Positions 11,298 to 19,923 of a stretch of 64,000 bases of DNA are shown here, one piece after another. Source of the DNA: an uncultured bacterium (GTDB lineage: Bacteria; Verrucomicrobiota; Verrucomicrobiia; Verrucomicrobiales; DEV007); assembly GCA_963977015.1 (NCBI GenBank), contig CAXBMO010000020.1, positions 1 through 64,000 of the forward strand, read 5' to 3'. Below the pieces are notes generated by a model. It saw nothing but the letters and a program-made list of their open reading frames with translations, was not told where the DNA came from and did no database searches. Position numbers and translations under genes: made by a program. Within the stretch, counting starts at the first letter, position 1. Every line of letters starts with the position of its first letter.

Positions 11298-12608
11298 ATG
11301 AAGAAATCCTGGCATCTCGATCGTCGAACTGCGTTGAAAGCCGCTGGCGTCAGCCTCGCTTTGCCCTGGCTCGAAAGCATGGCGGCTCCCGCGACACCGC
11401 GTCCCCGCCGCATGTGTTCGATCATGTTTCCGTTCGGAATCGCGATTCCCAAGGAGGATGCCGAGGATCGGGATTGGGGGTGGTTCCCGACCGGCGCAGG
11501 CAAGGACTACCAACTCACGAACGTCCTTCGGCCCCTGGAACCGCTCATGGACGAAGTAACCGTCTTCGGTGGTCTATCGCATCCGCATTGTCGCGGCATG
11601 AACGGTCACGACACCGGCGATACCTTTCTCACGGCCAACAACCTCGAAGCCGTCACCTACCGGAACTCCGTCTCGCTCGATCAGTACGTGGCCAACCGGA
11701 TCGGCGAGCAAACCCGGCACGCCTCCCTCACCCTTTCAACCGATGGCGGCGTTGGCCCGCGCACCCGCACCACGACCCTCTCCTATTCCGAGAAAGGTCA
11801 GCCGATTCCCGCGCTCTCCGATCCCAAGCTCATTTTCCAGCGTCTCTTCGGTCAGGATGGAGCCAGCCAGAATGATCGCCGCAAGCTGGAGAACTCCGGT
11901 AGCATCCTGGATCTGGTCATGGATCAATCCAACGCGCTCCGTCGCAACCTCGGCATCGCCGATCAACGCAAGCTCGACGAATTCGAAACCTCTGTCCGTG
12001 AAGTCGAGCAACGCGTCGAACGGTCACGCAGCTGGCTCGATGTTCCACTTCCCAACGTCGATTCCAGTTCCATCCCGCTCGAAGCCACGACCGAGGCACC
12101 CAAGGATTACCTCCGCGCGATCTACGACCTCCAGTTCCTCGCCTTCCAAACCGACCTCACCCGCGTCACCACCTACCAGATCGGCAGCTACGGTCCGTCG
12201 CGCGCCCGCACCTTCCCCGCCTGCATCGGCCTCAAGGGAGACTGGCATGGATTGGCTCACGCCGCCGGGAAGAAGGGCGGTCCTGAAAACATCGGCCGGT
12301 TCGACCAATTCCTCGCCCAAAACCTGGCGCGCTTCCTCACCCGGCTTCGGGAAACTCCGGAAGGCGACGGCAATCTGCTCGACCACACCCTCGTCCTTTA
12401 CGGCAGCAGCAACAGCCGCACCCACCAGAACCGCAACTACCCACTTCTCCTCGCCGGAGGCAGCAAGCTCGGCCTCAAGCACAACCACTACCTCCGCTTC
12501 ACCGAAGCAACACCCATGTCCAACGTCTTTGTCACCATGCTCCAAGCCATGGGCCTTGAGACGGAGCGCTTTGTCGATAGTACCGGGACGTTGGCGGGAT
12601 TAACGTAG
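11298..12608 (+). CDS. DUF1552 (HXXSHH) family protein
   Basis: Tat-like DRRTALKAAGVSLALPWLESM; SVSLDQ, SILDLV, LAFQTDLTRV, LLDHTLVLYGS; AAGGAG RBS. Confidence 0.92.
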   Translation: MKKSWHLDRRTALKAAGVSLALPWLESMAAPATPRPRRMCSIMFPFGIAIPKEDAEDRDWGWFPTGAGKDYQLTNVLRPLEPLMDEVTVFGGLSHPHCRGMNGHDTGDTFLTANNLEAVTYRNSVSLDQYVANRIGEQTRHASLTLSTDGGVGPRTRTTTLSYSEKGQPIPALSDPKLIFQRLFGQDGASQNDRRKLENSGSILDLVMDQSNALRRNLGIADQRKLDEFETSVREVEQRVERSRSWLDVPLPNVDSSSIPLEATTEAPKDYLRAIYDLQFLAFQTDLTRVTTYQIGSYGPSRARTFPACIGLKGDWHGLAHAAGKKGGPENIGRFDQFLAQNLARFLTRLRETPEGDGNLLDHTLVLYGSSNSRTHQNRNYPLLLAGGSKLGLKHNHYLRFTEATPMSNVFVTMLQAMGLETERFVDSTGTLAGLT

Positions 12609-12737
12609 GCACCTTTCCCCGCGCCAACCAGAGCCCGGCGACGACGCTTATGACAAAATTTCTGCAACGATCTGTTCCTCCACTTTGCCGAAATGCGTAT
12701 TGACTAGAGGAACCCTCAGCGTAATTCTCACTCGCCC

Positions 12738-13127
12738 ATGTCGCGTCACGCATGCCATACCTTGTTTGCATGTCTCCTCCTTCTCTGCGTTGGAGGCAAC
12801 TGGCATTTTGCCCAGTTGATGGCTTGGACTGCGATGGTCCATGAACGTGCGCCGGAAATGGGTTTCATGACGGCGGTGAGTTCCGTCCTTTCGGGGGAGG
12901 AACCGTGCGAACGTTGTGAAGCGATTCGATGCAGTCAGGAGCAGCAGCAGGAACGTTCCCCGGCTCATCTGGCCGATGGAATGAACAAGATTCATCTTGT
13001 CGTCACTTCGTTTGGCTCCATGCATCCTCCGCTCCCGCCCTTGCTGGTTGAGCTTTCAACGGCAACCGCTCGCTGTCCAAAGGATGGCGTGCCGGACATC
13101 CCGACTCCGCCGCCGGAGCAGGTTTAG
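12738..13127 (+). CDS. Small exported CxxC protein with C-terminal Pro-rich motif (DUF2946/CruR/CutF-like candidate leader protein)
   Basis: Hydrophobic N-terminus, EEPCERC, ends DIPTPPPEQV; directly upstream of a His/Met-rich channel gene. Confidence 0.7.
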   Translation: MSRHACHTLFACLLLLCVGGNWHFAQLMAWTAMVHERAPEMGFMTAVSSVLSGEEPCERCEAIRCSQEQQQERSPAHLADGMNKIHLVVTSFGSMHPPLPPLLVELSTATARCPKDGVPDIPTPPPEQV

Positions 13128-13292
13128 AAGCGTCCCTACCCCTTCCATAAGACGTCGAGGGCCTATCCCTCCGTCTTTCGGCTTCACCTTGCGGCGCAAC
13201 CCTGCCCGCAAGTGGTGTGCCGGATTTCTCGCAGTGCGAAGCTGTGTCAACTCTCGTCGCACACCCCCTTCTAAACCTGATTTTCTTAACTT

Positions 13293-14381
13293 ATGAACTC
13301 TATTTCAAAACTTACTTTATCTCTTCTTTGTCTCACGACTTCCGCCTGGGCCGACAACCCGGTCAACGACGCCATCGTTCCCCAGGATCCCAAGAACCCC
13401 ATCCTGGAATCGCTCTGGGACCCAGCGCGGGTCGACAGCCACGCACCCATTGGCGTGATGGGCGATCACACGCATAGCGCGGGCGAGATCATGCTCTCCT
13501 ATCGCTACATGCAAATGGCGATGGGCGGCCACCGCTCCGGCACGGACAGCCTGTCCAGCCAGGAGGTTTATCATCGCGGATTTGGCGCTGCCGCCACTCA
13601 GATGGACATGCACATGCACATGTTCGGGATGATGTATGCACCTTCGGATTGGCTCACCCTCATGGCGATGGTGAACTATATTGAAAAGGACATGCATCTG
13701 GTCGCCGCGCCTGCCACGGGCCACGGCCATGGGCACGGCGGGGGCCATGCCCACACCGGAACCTTCGGCCACTCATCAGCGGGCGCTGGCGATGTAACGC
13801 TGGGAGGATTGATCAAGATCTATGACGCCAATCGCCAGCGCATTCATCTGAACCTGTCGCTCGGTTTACCCACGGCAGATGTCGATGAGATGCAGGATGG
13901 AGTCTTCCTCCCCTACGGCATGCAGCTGGGCCGGGGAACCTGGAACATTCGTCCCGGGCTTACCTACCTTGGACAAACCGACCGGCTGTCCTGGGGAGCT
14001 CAAGCCATTGGCACCTTTGATCTGGAGGAAGAAAACGACAGCGGCTTCTCCTACGGCAACAACGTGAACACCACGGCGTGGCTGGCCATCCCGCTAACCG
14101 ATTGCCTCAGCATCTCTGGTCGCATCAACTACTTCCATGAGGATGCCATCGACGGGCACTACAACGGTGCTCACAACCATGTCGCTCCCCCTCATTTCCA
14201 GCCCAACTACGGAGGGGATTACCTCGACGGCGGTCTTGGCCTGAACTTCTACGCCTCCGGCGGGTTCTTCCAAGGTCACCGCCTTGCGCTGGAGTGGTTG
14301 TTCCCGCTCTACCAGGACCTCAATGGCGTGGGCATGGAGCGCGATCACAGCTTTGTGGTCGGCTGGCAGAAATCCTTCTGA
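13293..14381 (+). CDS. His/Met-rich outer-membrane beta-barrel transporter (putative metal uptake)
   Basis: Signal peptide (AWA-D); DSHAPIGVMGDHTH, MDMHMHMFGMMY, GHGHGHGGGHAH; C-terminal strand ending VGWQKSF. Confidence 0.75.
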   Translation: MNSISKLTLSLLCLTTSAWADNPVNDAIVPQDPKNPILESLWDPARVDSHAPIGVMGDHTHSAGEIMLSYRYMQMAMGGHRSGTDSLSSQEVYHRGFGAAATQMDMHMHMFGMMYAPSDWLTLMAMVNYIEKDMHLVAAPATGHGHGHGGGHAHTGTFGHSSAGAGDVTLGGLIKIYDANRQRIHLNLSLGLPTADVDEMQDGVFLPYGMQLGRGTWNIRPGLTYLGQTDRLSWGAQAIGTFDLEEENDSGFSYGNNVNTTAWLAIPLTDCLSISGRINYFHEDAIDGHYNGAHNHVAPPHFQPNYGGDYLDGGLGLNFYASGGFFQGHRLALEWLFPLYQDLNGVGMERDHSFVVGWQKSF

Positions 14382-14395
14382 TCGGATTTGGATCG

Positions 14396-14425
14396 AGCCC
14401 GGTCTCAGGGTGAGACCGGGCTTTT
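14396..14425 (+). terminator. Intrinsic terminator
   Basis: AGCCCGGTCTCA-GGG-TGAGACCGGGCT followed by TTT. Confidence 0.85.
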
Positions 14426-14456
14426 ATCGTCAAAGCATTTGGTCTGTCGACCAGGC

Positions 14457-15443
14457 TCAGGAAGCCGGAGCTTCCGGAGCGAGCGCCATCTTCAGGTCGC
14501 TGGCCTTGGTCGAGGGAGTCGCGTCGGCTTCGAGATCGCCGAGCGCATACTGAATGCCATCCAGATAGTGTTGCAGAATCGGCCCGTGCCAGTTGGTCTC
14601 ATTGCGATGACCAAGGTTGCTGTAGTAGACGCGTCCGCCGTTGTATTCGCGGATCCAGGAGACGGGAACTTCGCGGGCTTTGGCTTCAACTTCGGAAACA
14701 GGGTTTTTCTTGGATTTCACCAACACGGAAATGTTTTTGGATTTGCTCATGTCCAGACTGACGAGAACGCGGAGGCTGTCGTCGCCGGCGTAGGTCTTTG
14801 GGTTGTACTGGTAGATTTCGTCTTTGTGCCAGAATCCTTCGTTGCCAAAGGCTTCGTTGATCGGACTCCCGGTGTCGTTCAGCTTGAACGCCCATTCGCC
14901 GCCCGCACCCCACGGGTGACCGTTAAAAATTCCTCCCATCATCTCCAACGCTTCAGGCCAGTTGTCGAAATTATCGCTCGCGGCGTGAATGCCTGCGATT
15001 CCTTTACCTGAAGACACGAAATCCATGATTGCCTTCCGATGATTTTCATCGGGAAACTTGAGACGCGTGGTGTTGTTGAAGAGAATCAGGTCGTATTTGG
15101 CGAGGTTTTCCGCCGTGAAGACGCTGTAATCGTCAGCAAGGTCCGCCTGAAATGCGCCCGTCTTTTCGCCCATCTGTTGTAGCATGAAATTGCCGTAGGG
15201 GATGGACCGGTGGATAAAGCCTTCGCAAAGCCAAAATACCAGGATGCGGCGGGCCGACTTGGGTTCGGCGGTCGGCTTTTCCGGAATCGCGGCGATGATC
15301 TTGCCCTGTTCTTCTTCCGTGAGAGGCTTGAAGTGGGAGGCCTTTTTCTCTTCCCAAGTCTGGGGTTTCTTTTTGGCATCCTGCGCAACGAGGGCAAGAA
15401 CGGGAATGGTGATGGCGAAGCAGATCGCGAGGAGTTTTTTCAT
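14457..15443 (-). CDS. ThuA-like domain protein, exported
   Basis: Signal peptide; GFIHRSI, GKGIAGIHAA, GGIFNGHPW, DEIY, GRVYYSNLGH. Confidence 0.88.
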   Translation of the reverse strand: MKKLLAICFAITIPVLALVAQDAKKKPQTWEEKKASHFKPLTEEEQGKIIAAIPEKPTAEPKSARRILVFWLCEGFIHRSIPYGNFMLQQMGEKTGAFQADLADDYSVFTAENLAKYDLILFNNTTRLKFPDENHRKAIMDFVSSGKGIAGIHAASDNFDNWPEALEMMGGIFNGHPWGAGGEWAFKLNDTGSPINEAFGNEGFWHKDEIYQYNPKTYAGDDSLRVLVSLDMSKSKNISVLVKSKKNPVSEVEAKAREVPVSWIREYNGGRVYYSNLGHRNETNWHGPILQHYLDGIQYALGDLEADATPSTKASDLKMALAPEAPAS

Positions 15444-15559
15444 AGTCTGGTTAGAATTCATCAGTTCTAGATCCTACCTCACCGGTTGTCCAACCCGATT
15501 CTTTCGCGGGTCCGCGTGTTCGTTTGAAGATTGCGGAAACGCGGTCGAAACTCCATGCC

Positions 15560-16510
15560 ATGTCCGAAAAAGGCTGCTGCACCCCTTCCCTGCCCCACGG
15601 CGACTCTAAAGTTGTTTCGGATTTTGCGCCGGGACCTCATGCAGAGTCGAAACGGGGGATGATCACGCTGGAAGGGGGAACGTTTCGAATGGGAGGCGAG
15701 GGGCCGGAAGTTTGGGAGAGTGACGGTGAAGGGCCCATCCGCGAGGTGACGCTGGATCCGTTCGCGATGGATCGATGCGCGGTGACAAATACGCAATTCG
15801 GCGAGTTTTGCGACGCGACCGGTTACGAGACCGAGGCGGAGCGGTTTGGCTGGTCGATCGTGTTCTACAACCAGGTTCCACCGGCTCATCGCAAGCGCAC
15901 CAACTACGATTCGCTGCCCGACATGCCGTGGTGGCTAAAAGTGGAGAAGGCGGATTGGCGAAAGCCGGGTGGGCCTGGGACGAACGTCCGCAAATTGGGC
16001 GATCATCCGGTGGTTCACGTTTCCTGGAATGATGCGAATGCCTACGCCAAGTGGATGGGACGTCGGTTGCCAACGGAAGCCGAATGGGAATTCGCGGCTC
16101 GCGGCGGACTGGAACAGGCGCTGTATCCGTGGGGCGATGAGCTCGAACCTGGCGGCAAGCATGCCTGCAACATCTGGCAGGGGAAGTTCCCTGAGAACGA
16201 CACCGCGGCCGATGGTTTCGCGGGAACGGCTCCTGTGCGCGCCTTTCCGCCCAATGGGTTTGGCCTCCACAACGTTTCCGGAAACGTTTGGGAATGGGTC
16301 AACGACTGGTTTTCGCCGTCCTGGCATCTGAACGGTCCCCGCGTGAATCCCCGTGGGCCCGAATCCGGGGAATCGCGGATTATCCGGGGCGGATCGTTCC
16401 TCTGCCAAGCCAGCTACTGCAATCGCTACCGCGTTAGCGCGCGAACCGCGAATACGCCGGACAGTTCAACCTGCCACACCGGTTTTCGCCTTGCGAAAGA
16501 CATTCGCTGA
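15560..16510 (+). CDS. Formylglycine-generating enzyme (sulfatase-modifying factor)
   Basis: HPVVHVSWNDA, RLPTEAEWEFAARGG, GNVWEW and catalytic RGGSFLCQASYCNRYRVSAR. Confidence 0.92.
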   Translation: MSEKGCCTPSLPHGDSKVVSDFAPGPHAESKRGMITLEGGTFRMGGEGPEVWESDGEGPIREVTLDPFAMDRCAVTNTQFGEFCDATGYETEAERFGWSIVFYNQVPPAHRKRTNYDSLPDMPWWLKVEKADWRKPGGPGTNVRKLGDHPVVHVSWNDANAYAKWMGRRLPTEAEWEFAARGGLEQALYPWGDELEPGGKHACNIWQGKFPENDTAADGFAGTAPVRAFPPNGFGLHNVSGNVWEWVNDWFSPSWHLNGPRVNPRGPESGESRIIRGGSFLCQASYCNRYRVSARTANTPDSSTCHTGFRLAKDIR

Positions 16511-16534
16511 CGAGGTTGCCCGCGAACCTCCAAC

Positions 16535-17338
16535 TTAGCGTCGAATTTTGCCCAGAAGCCGGCTCAGGCGACCCTCGCGCTTGGCGTCTGGTTCGGATTT
16601 CGGCTCTTCACCTCGATCCTGGCGGACATTCTTCCAAACCCGGGAGATGACGTTGCTGCGTTCATCGTCCTCTTTGGCCGAATCCGGCGATGCAACCTCG
16701 ATCGTCTCGTATTGATTGGGGGCGCCATTGTCGCTCGGATGCTCCTTCCGCGTCCGCATCCGAGAAAAACTGGACGGGGTCATTGCGCTCCAAAGGCTCC
16801 GCACCGCGCCTCTTTCCTCGGCTTCCTCGGGTTTGCGTTCTCCCAGCGGAATCGCACCCCACAACCCGATGAATCCACTCGACTCATCCAATTCGTGATC
16901 CCGAAAAAAGGAGGCTTCAAAATGAATCTTGTTGGTAATCGCCACATCCATTCCTGCCTTCATCGCGCTGTAGTCATCCTCCGGACCTTCATCGAACTCG
17001 TAGTAGCCGGCAAACAAGTTCAAATCCATGAGATTGCTGATGCGCCGCGTGATCTCAAACGACTCCGATTCCGACGCCGCCATGGCGGATGAACCACGAA
17101 CCTCAGTATTGAAATCAAACTTGCCAAAATCAGGGAAGGCAGGAGCTTTTTCAGGGGGCTGCGATTGGATCGGGAAATTGACCGAAGAAACGGATGAAGT
17201 CTTCGTGTTGGTCTCTTCAGCCAACAGCGACGGAGCCATCGCCATCGTCACAAACAGGAGGCTCAACCAACCGGGCCAGCCTCCCAGGAAAAAGGTCAAT
17301 CGCTGGTTCGGTTCACAAAGTTTCACGGCGGCGTTCAT
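16535..17338 (-). CDS. Hypothetical exported protein with a partial beta-barrel segment resembling the C-terminal half of the 6636-7790 protein
   Basis: Hydrophobic signal segment; LNLFAGYYEF...FEASFFRD...GAIPLG; charged tail; start uncertain. Confidence 0.6.
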   Translation of the reverse strand: MNAAVKLCEPNQRLTFFLGGWPGWLSLLFVTMAMAPSLLAEETNTKTSSVSSVNFPIQSQPPEKAPAFPDFGKFDFNTEVRGSSAMAASESESFEITRRISNLMDLNLFAGYYEFDEGPEDDYSAMKAGMDVAITNKIHFEASFFRDHELDESSGFIGLWGAIPLGERKPEEAEERGAVRSLWSAMTPSSFSRMRTRKEHPSDNGAPNQYETIEVASPDSAKEDDERSNVISRVWKNVRQDRGEEPKSEPDAKREGRLSRLLGKIRR

Positions 17339-17534
17339 TTTGTTGTTTTTGGAGAGCGCGACCACGGTGGCTGGTGGTCACGCATTCATCATTTCTCAAA
17401 ACTTCAGCTCCAAAACATTTCTGGAAATGATTCGTAACCAATAGCTTCCGATTGAAGCACAAGGCTATACTAACCTTGCAACAATTGAGATTTGAAGCAT
17501 GTGAGGGTCTGACTGTCAACCACTCCCAAGCACG

Positions 17535-17570
17535 AAAAAGCCGGGTCTCGAATCTCGAGAGCCCGGCTTT
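17535..17570 (-). terminator. Intrinsic terminator
   Basis: Plus strand AAAAAGCCGGGTCTCG-AATC-TCGAGAGCCCGGCTTT; U-tract on minus strand after the 17598 gene. Confidence 0.8.
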
Positions 17571-17597
17571 GTTCGAAAAGTTTGCGATTTGCTAAAT

Positions 17598-18086
17598 CTA
17601 TTCGCCAGCAACGTTCAAAAACTCACGGACGGCGAGATTTTCGACGAATTTCTTATTCAGCGGCACCATGCGCATAATGCTGTCGGGACGAAAATACGCG
17701 TTCTTCTGAAGAATCGGAATCGCGCCACCGGTCGATGCGTCAAAGCGCGAAAACTGGCGGGTTGCCTGATTGTAGTAGAAAACTTGCTGAATCATGACCA
17801 TTCCCTTGGCGGAACCATTGGTGACGGCATCAAGATCGGCTTTCTTGATCGCGCCAAAGTAGTCGCGATTGGAAGCGACGCGGCCATCGTCCACGATGAA
17901 GGAGACCCACTCCAAATCTTTGTTCCACTTGAGATCTTTCGGGTCGATCATTTGAGGACCTTTGGCGGTTCTCGCGGCAGCTTGAGCGGTTTCTTCGCTT
18001 TCGGCCGGAGCGTCTTGAGCTTGAATTCCTCCAGCAAGGAACAGGGCTCCAACAGCCATCAGGGTTAGGTAGTTTGCTTGTCTCAT
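17598..18086 (-). CDS. Hypothetical exported protein
   Basis: Signal peptide (IQA-QD); 51 bp downstream of the Skp-like gene, followed by a terminator. Confidence 0.75.
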   Translation of the reverse strand: MRQANYLTLMAVGALFLAGGIQAQDAPAESEETAQAAARTAKGPQMIDPKDLKWNKDLEWVSFIVDDGRVASNRDYFGAIKKADLDAVTNGSAKGMVMIQQVFYYNQATRQFSRFDASTGGAIPILQKNAYFRPDSIMRMVPLNKKFVENLAVREFLNVAGE

Positions 18087-18137
18087 CGTGTTTGGGATGT
18101 TTTTCGTCTATTGGTTAAAAGGGATCGATATTAAGAG

Positions 18138-18728
18138 TTAGGGAACGAGGGGCGTCAATCCGGATCCTGGGGCGGCCATGCGCCGGATCACCTCTTCGGT
18201 AATGTCGTAATTGTCGTCGTAGGCAAACAACACGGCCTCGTTCTTGGTCAGAACAATGCTGAATCCCCGTTCCAAGGCGATTTTCACCGCAACCGGACGC
18301 ACTTCGTTGCGAAAGTTCTGCACCAGGGTGATTTCATCGCGATTCAATTGCTGCTGGGCCGTGCTCTGCGCCCGGGAAAGCTGAACGTTCAGGTTGTTCA
18401 CGAGTTGGGCCAATTGTTGCTGTTGCTCCTGGGTCGGCTCGGTGCCGAGTTGCTGCTGCTGAAGCTCGACCTGCTGGCGAAAGCGGTTGCGCAGTTGGCT
18501 GAGCTCGTTGTTGAACTGGCTCTCCCGCTGCTTGAGCGCGTTTTGCAGTTGCACATCTTTCTTCAACCGCGATGCAATCTGGTCGAGATCAATGATCGCA
18601 AAGCCGTTTGGCTGACTCTGTGTTGCGGTGTTTCCACCCGTTCCGCCAAGGTTGATTCCTAATTTGTCACATCCGGTGAAACTCAGTGCCAATGCGCCAA
18701 GAGTTAGGAGATAAAGAGTACGTATCAT
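18138..18728 (-). CDS. OmpH/Skp family chaperone-like lipoprotein
   Basis: Lipobox FTGC; FAIIDLDQI, Gln-rich coiled coil, IALERGFSIVL...DITEEVI. Confidence 0.85.
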   Translation of the reverse strand: MIRTLYLLTLGALALSFTGCDKLGINLGGTGGNTATQSQPNGFAIIDLDQIASRLKKDVQLQNALKQRESQFNNELSQLRNRFRQQVELQQQQLGTEPTQEQQQQLAQLVNNLNVQLSRAQSTAQQQLNRDEITLVQNFRNEVRPVAVKIALERGFSIVLTKNEAVLFAYDDNYDITEEVIRRMAAPGSGLTPLVP

Positions 18729-18812
18729 GTGTTTGGGGTTAAGCCGAGTGGCTTGCTTTAAAATAACATTGTCGTGGTGTCTAGCATGTGACGGGGTTTT
18801 CGTGAACCGTTT

Positions 18813-19904
18813 TCAGAAAAGCTGCAATTGTTCCCCGGGATTTTGACGAAAGGAAGCCGTCGAAAGTCGGATGCGCGAGCCCTTATAACCCAGCCTTTTC
18901 GTAGAAACTTTGAACAGTCTGGAAATTCCCTCAGCTATGATGCCTTCGCCGCTCATGCGCTTTCCGAATCGGCTGTCACTCAAATTTCCGCCCCGGACCT
19001 CTCGAATCCGTCCTTCCACCAGATCCCGGCGCTCCGGGAAATGCCGATCCAACCAGCTGAGAAATAATTCCGGCAAACCGTGAGAGAAGCGCACCACTGT
19101 GTAAAACGCATATTCCGCGCCAGCCTCGCGCGCCGCCTCCAGAATCGCGGGCATTTCATGGTCGTTGAGCCCCGGAATGACGGGCGCCAGCGAAACGCCC
19201 GCCGGAATTCCCGCTTCCTGAAGTTCGCGGATCGCTTGAAGCCGAAATTCGGGCGTGGAGGCACGCGGCTCCATTTTGCCGGCAAGTTCGCGATCGAGCG
19301 AAGTGATCGAAATCACGGCGGTCGCGGCGTTGTGATGGGCCAACTCGGCGAGGTAGTCGATGTCGCGCGTAATCAGATGATTTTTCGTGATCATGCCAAC
19401 CGGGTTTCTGAATTCCGCGATCACTTCGAGACAACGCCGCGTGATTTCCAGCTTTCGCTCGATGGGCTGGTAGCAATCCGTAATTCCGCTGCAGGCCAGC
19501 GTCCGCGGAACCCATTTTTTGGCGCCCAACTCCTTTCGCAGCAACTCCGGCGCATTCGGTTTCACCATGATCCGCGTTTCAAAGTCCAACCCTGCGCTGA
19601 ACCCGAGAAACTCGTGTGACGGACGCGCGTAGCAATAGCTGCAACCGTGTTCACAACCGCGATACGGATTCAAACTCGCCTCAAAACCAATGTCGGGACT
19701 CGAATTCCGGCTGATGATGGACTGCGAGTCGTCTCGATAAAAGTGGGTCTTGGGACGTTGAACCGCGAAATCGGGCTCAGCCGCGATCAAATCGTCGAGC
19801 GCATCGGGATCCGGCTCGACATCGAGCTGCTCGAATCGGTTGCCGGGATTTTCAACCGTTCCCCGTCCTTTCGCACCAACAAACCTGGAAAATGACTCGC
19901 TCAA
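18813..19904 (-). CDS. PA0069-family (SplB-like) radical SAM protein
   Basis: KGRG...NRFE, SLNPYRGCEHGCSYCYARPSHEFLG, TDCYQPIE, MEPRA; ends QLQLF. Confidence 0.92.
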   Translation of the reverse strand: MSESFSRFVGAKGRGTVENPGNRFEQLDVEPDPDALDDLIAAEPDFAVQRPKTHFYRDDSQSIISRNSSPDIGFEASLNPYRGCEHGCSYCYARPSHEFLGFSAGLDFETRIMVKPNAPELLRKELGAKKWVPRTLACSGITDCYQPIERKLEITRRCLEVIAEFRNPVGMITKNHLITRDIDYLAELAHHNAATAVISITSLDRELAGKMEPRASTPEFRLQAIRELQEAGIPAGVSLAPVIPGLNDHEMPAILEAAREAGAEYAFYTVVRFSHGLPELFLSWLDRHFPERRDLVEGRIREVRGGNLSDSRFGKRMSGEGIIAEGISRLFKVSTKRLGYKGSRIRLSTASFRQNPGEQLQLF

Positions 19905-19909
19905 AGAAG

Positions 19910-19923
19910 TGTTCTTTTGAACA
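19910..19923. promoter_or_regulatory. Verrucomicrobia-type LexA (SOS) box
   Basis: Perfect TGTTC-TTTT-GAACA palindrome 5 bp upstream of the radical SAM start codon. Confidence 0.8.

Noticed and set aside
8790-11513. Long antisense ORFs (439 and 453 aa) opposite DUF1592
   Set aside because: Shadow frames from GC-rich codon bias; no motifs; the sense gene is clearly recognisable
14396-17570. Similar hairpins at 14396 and 17535 as a REP/MITE family
   Set aside because: Only two loosely similar copies, both explained as terminators
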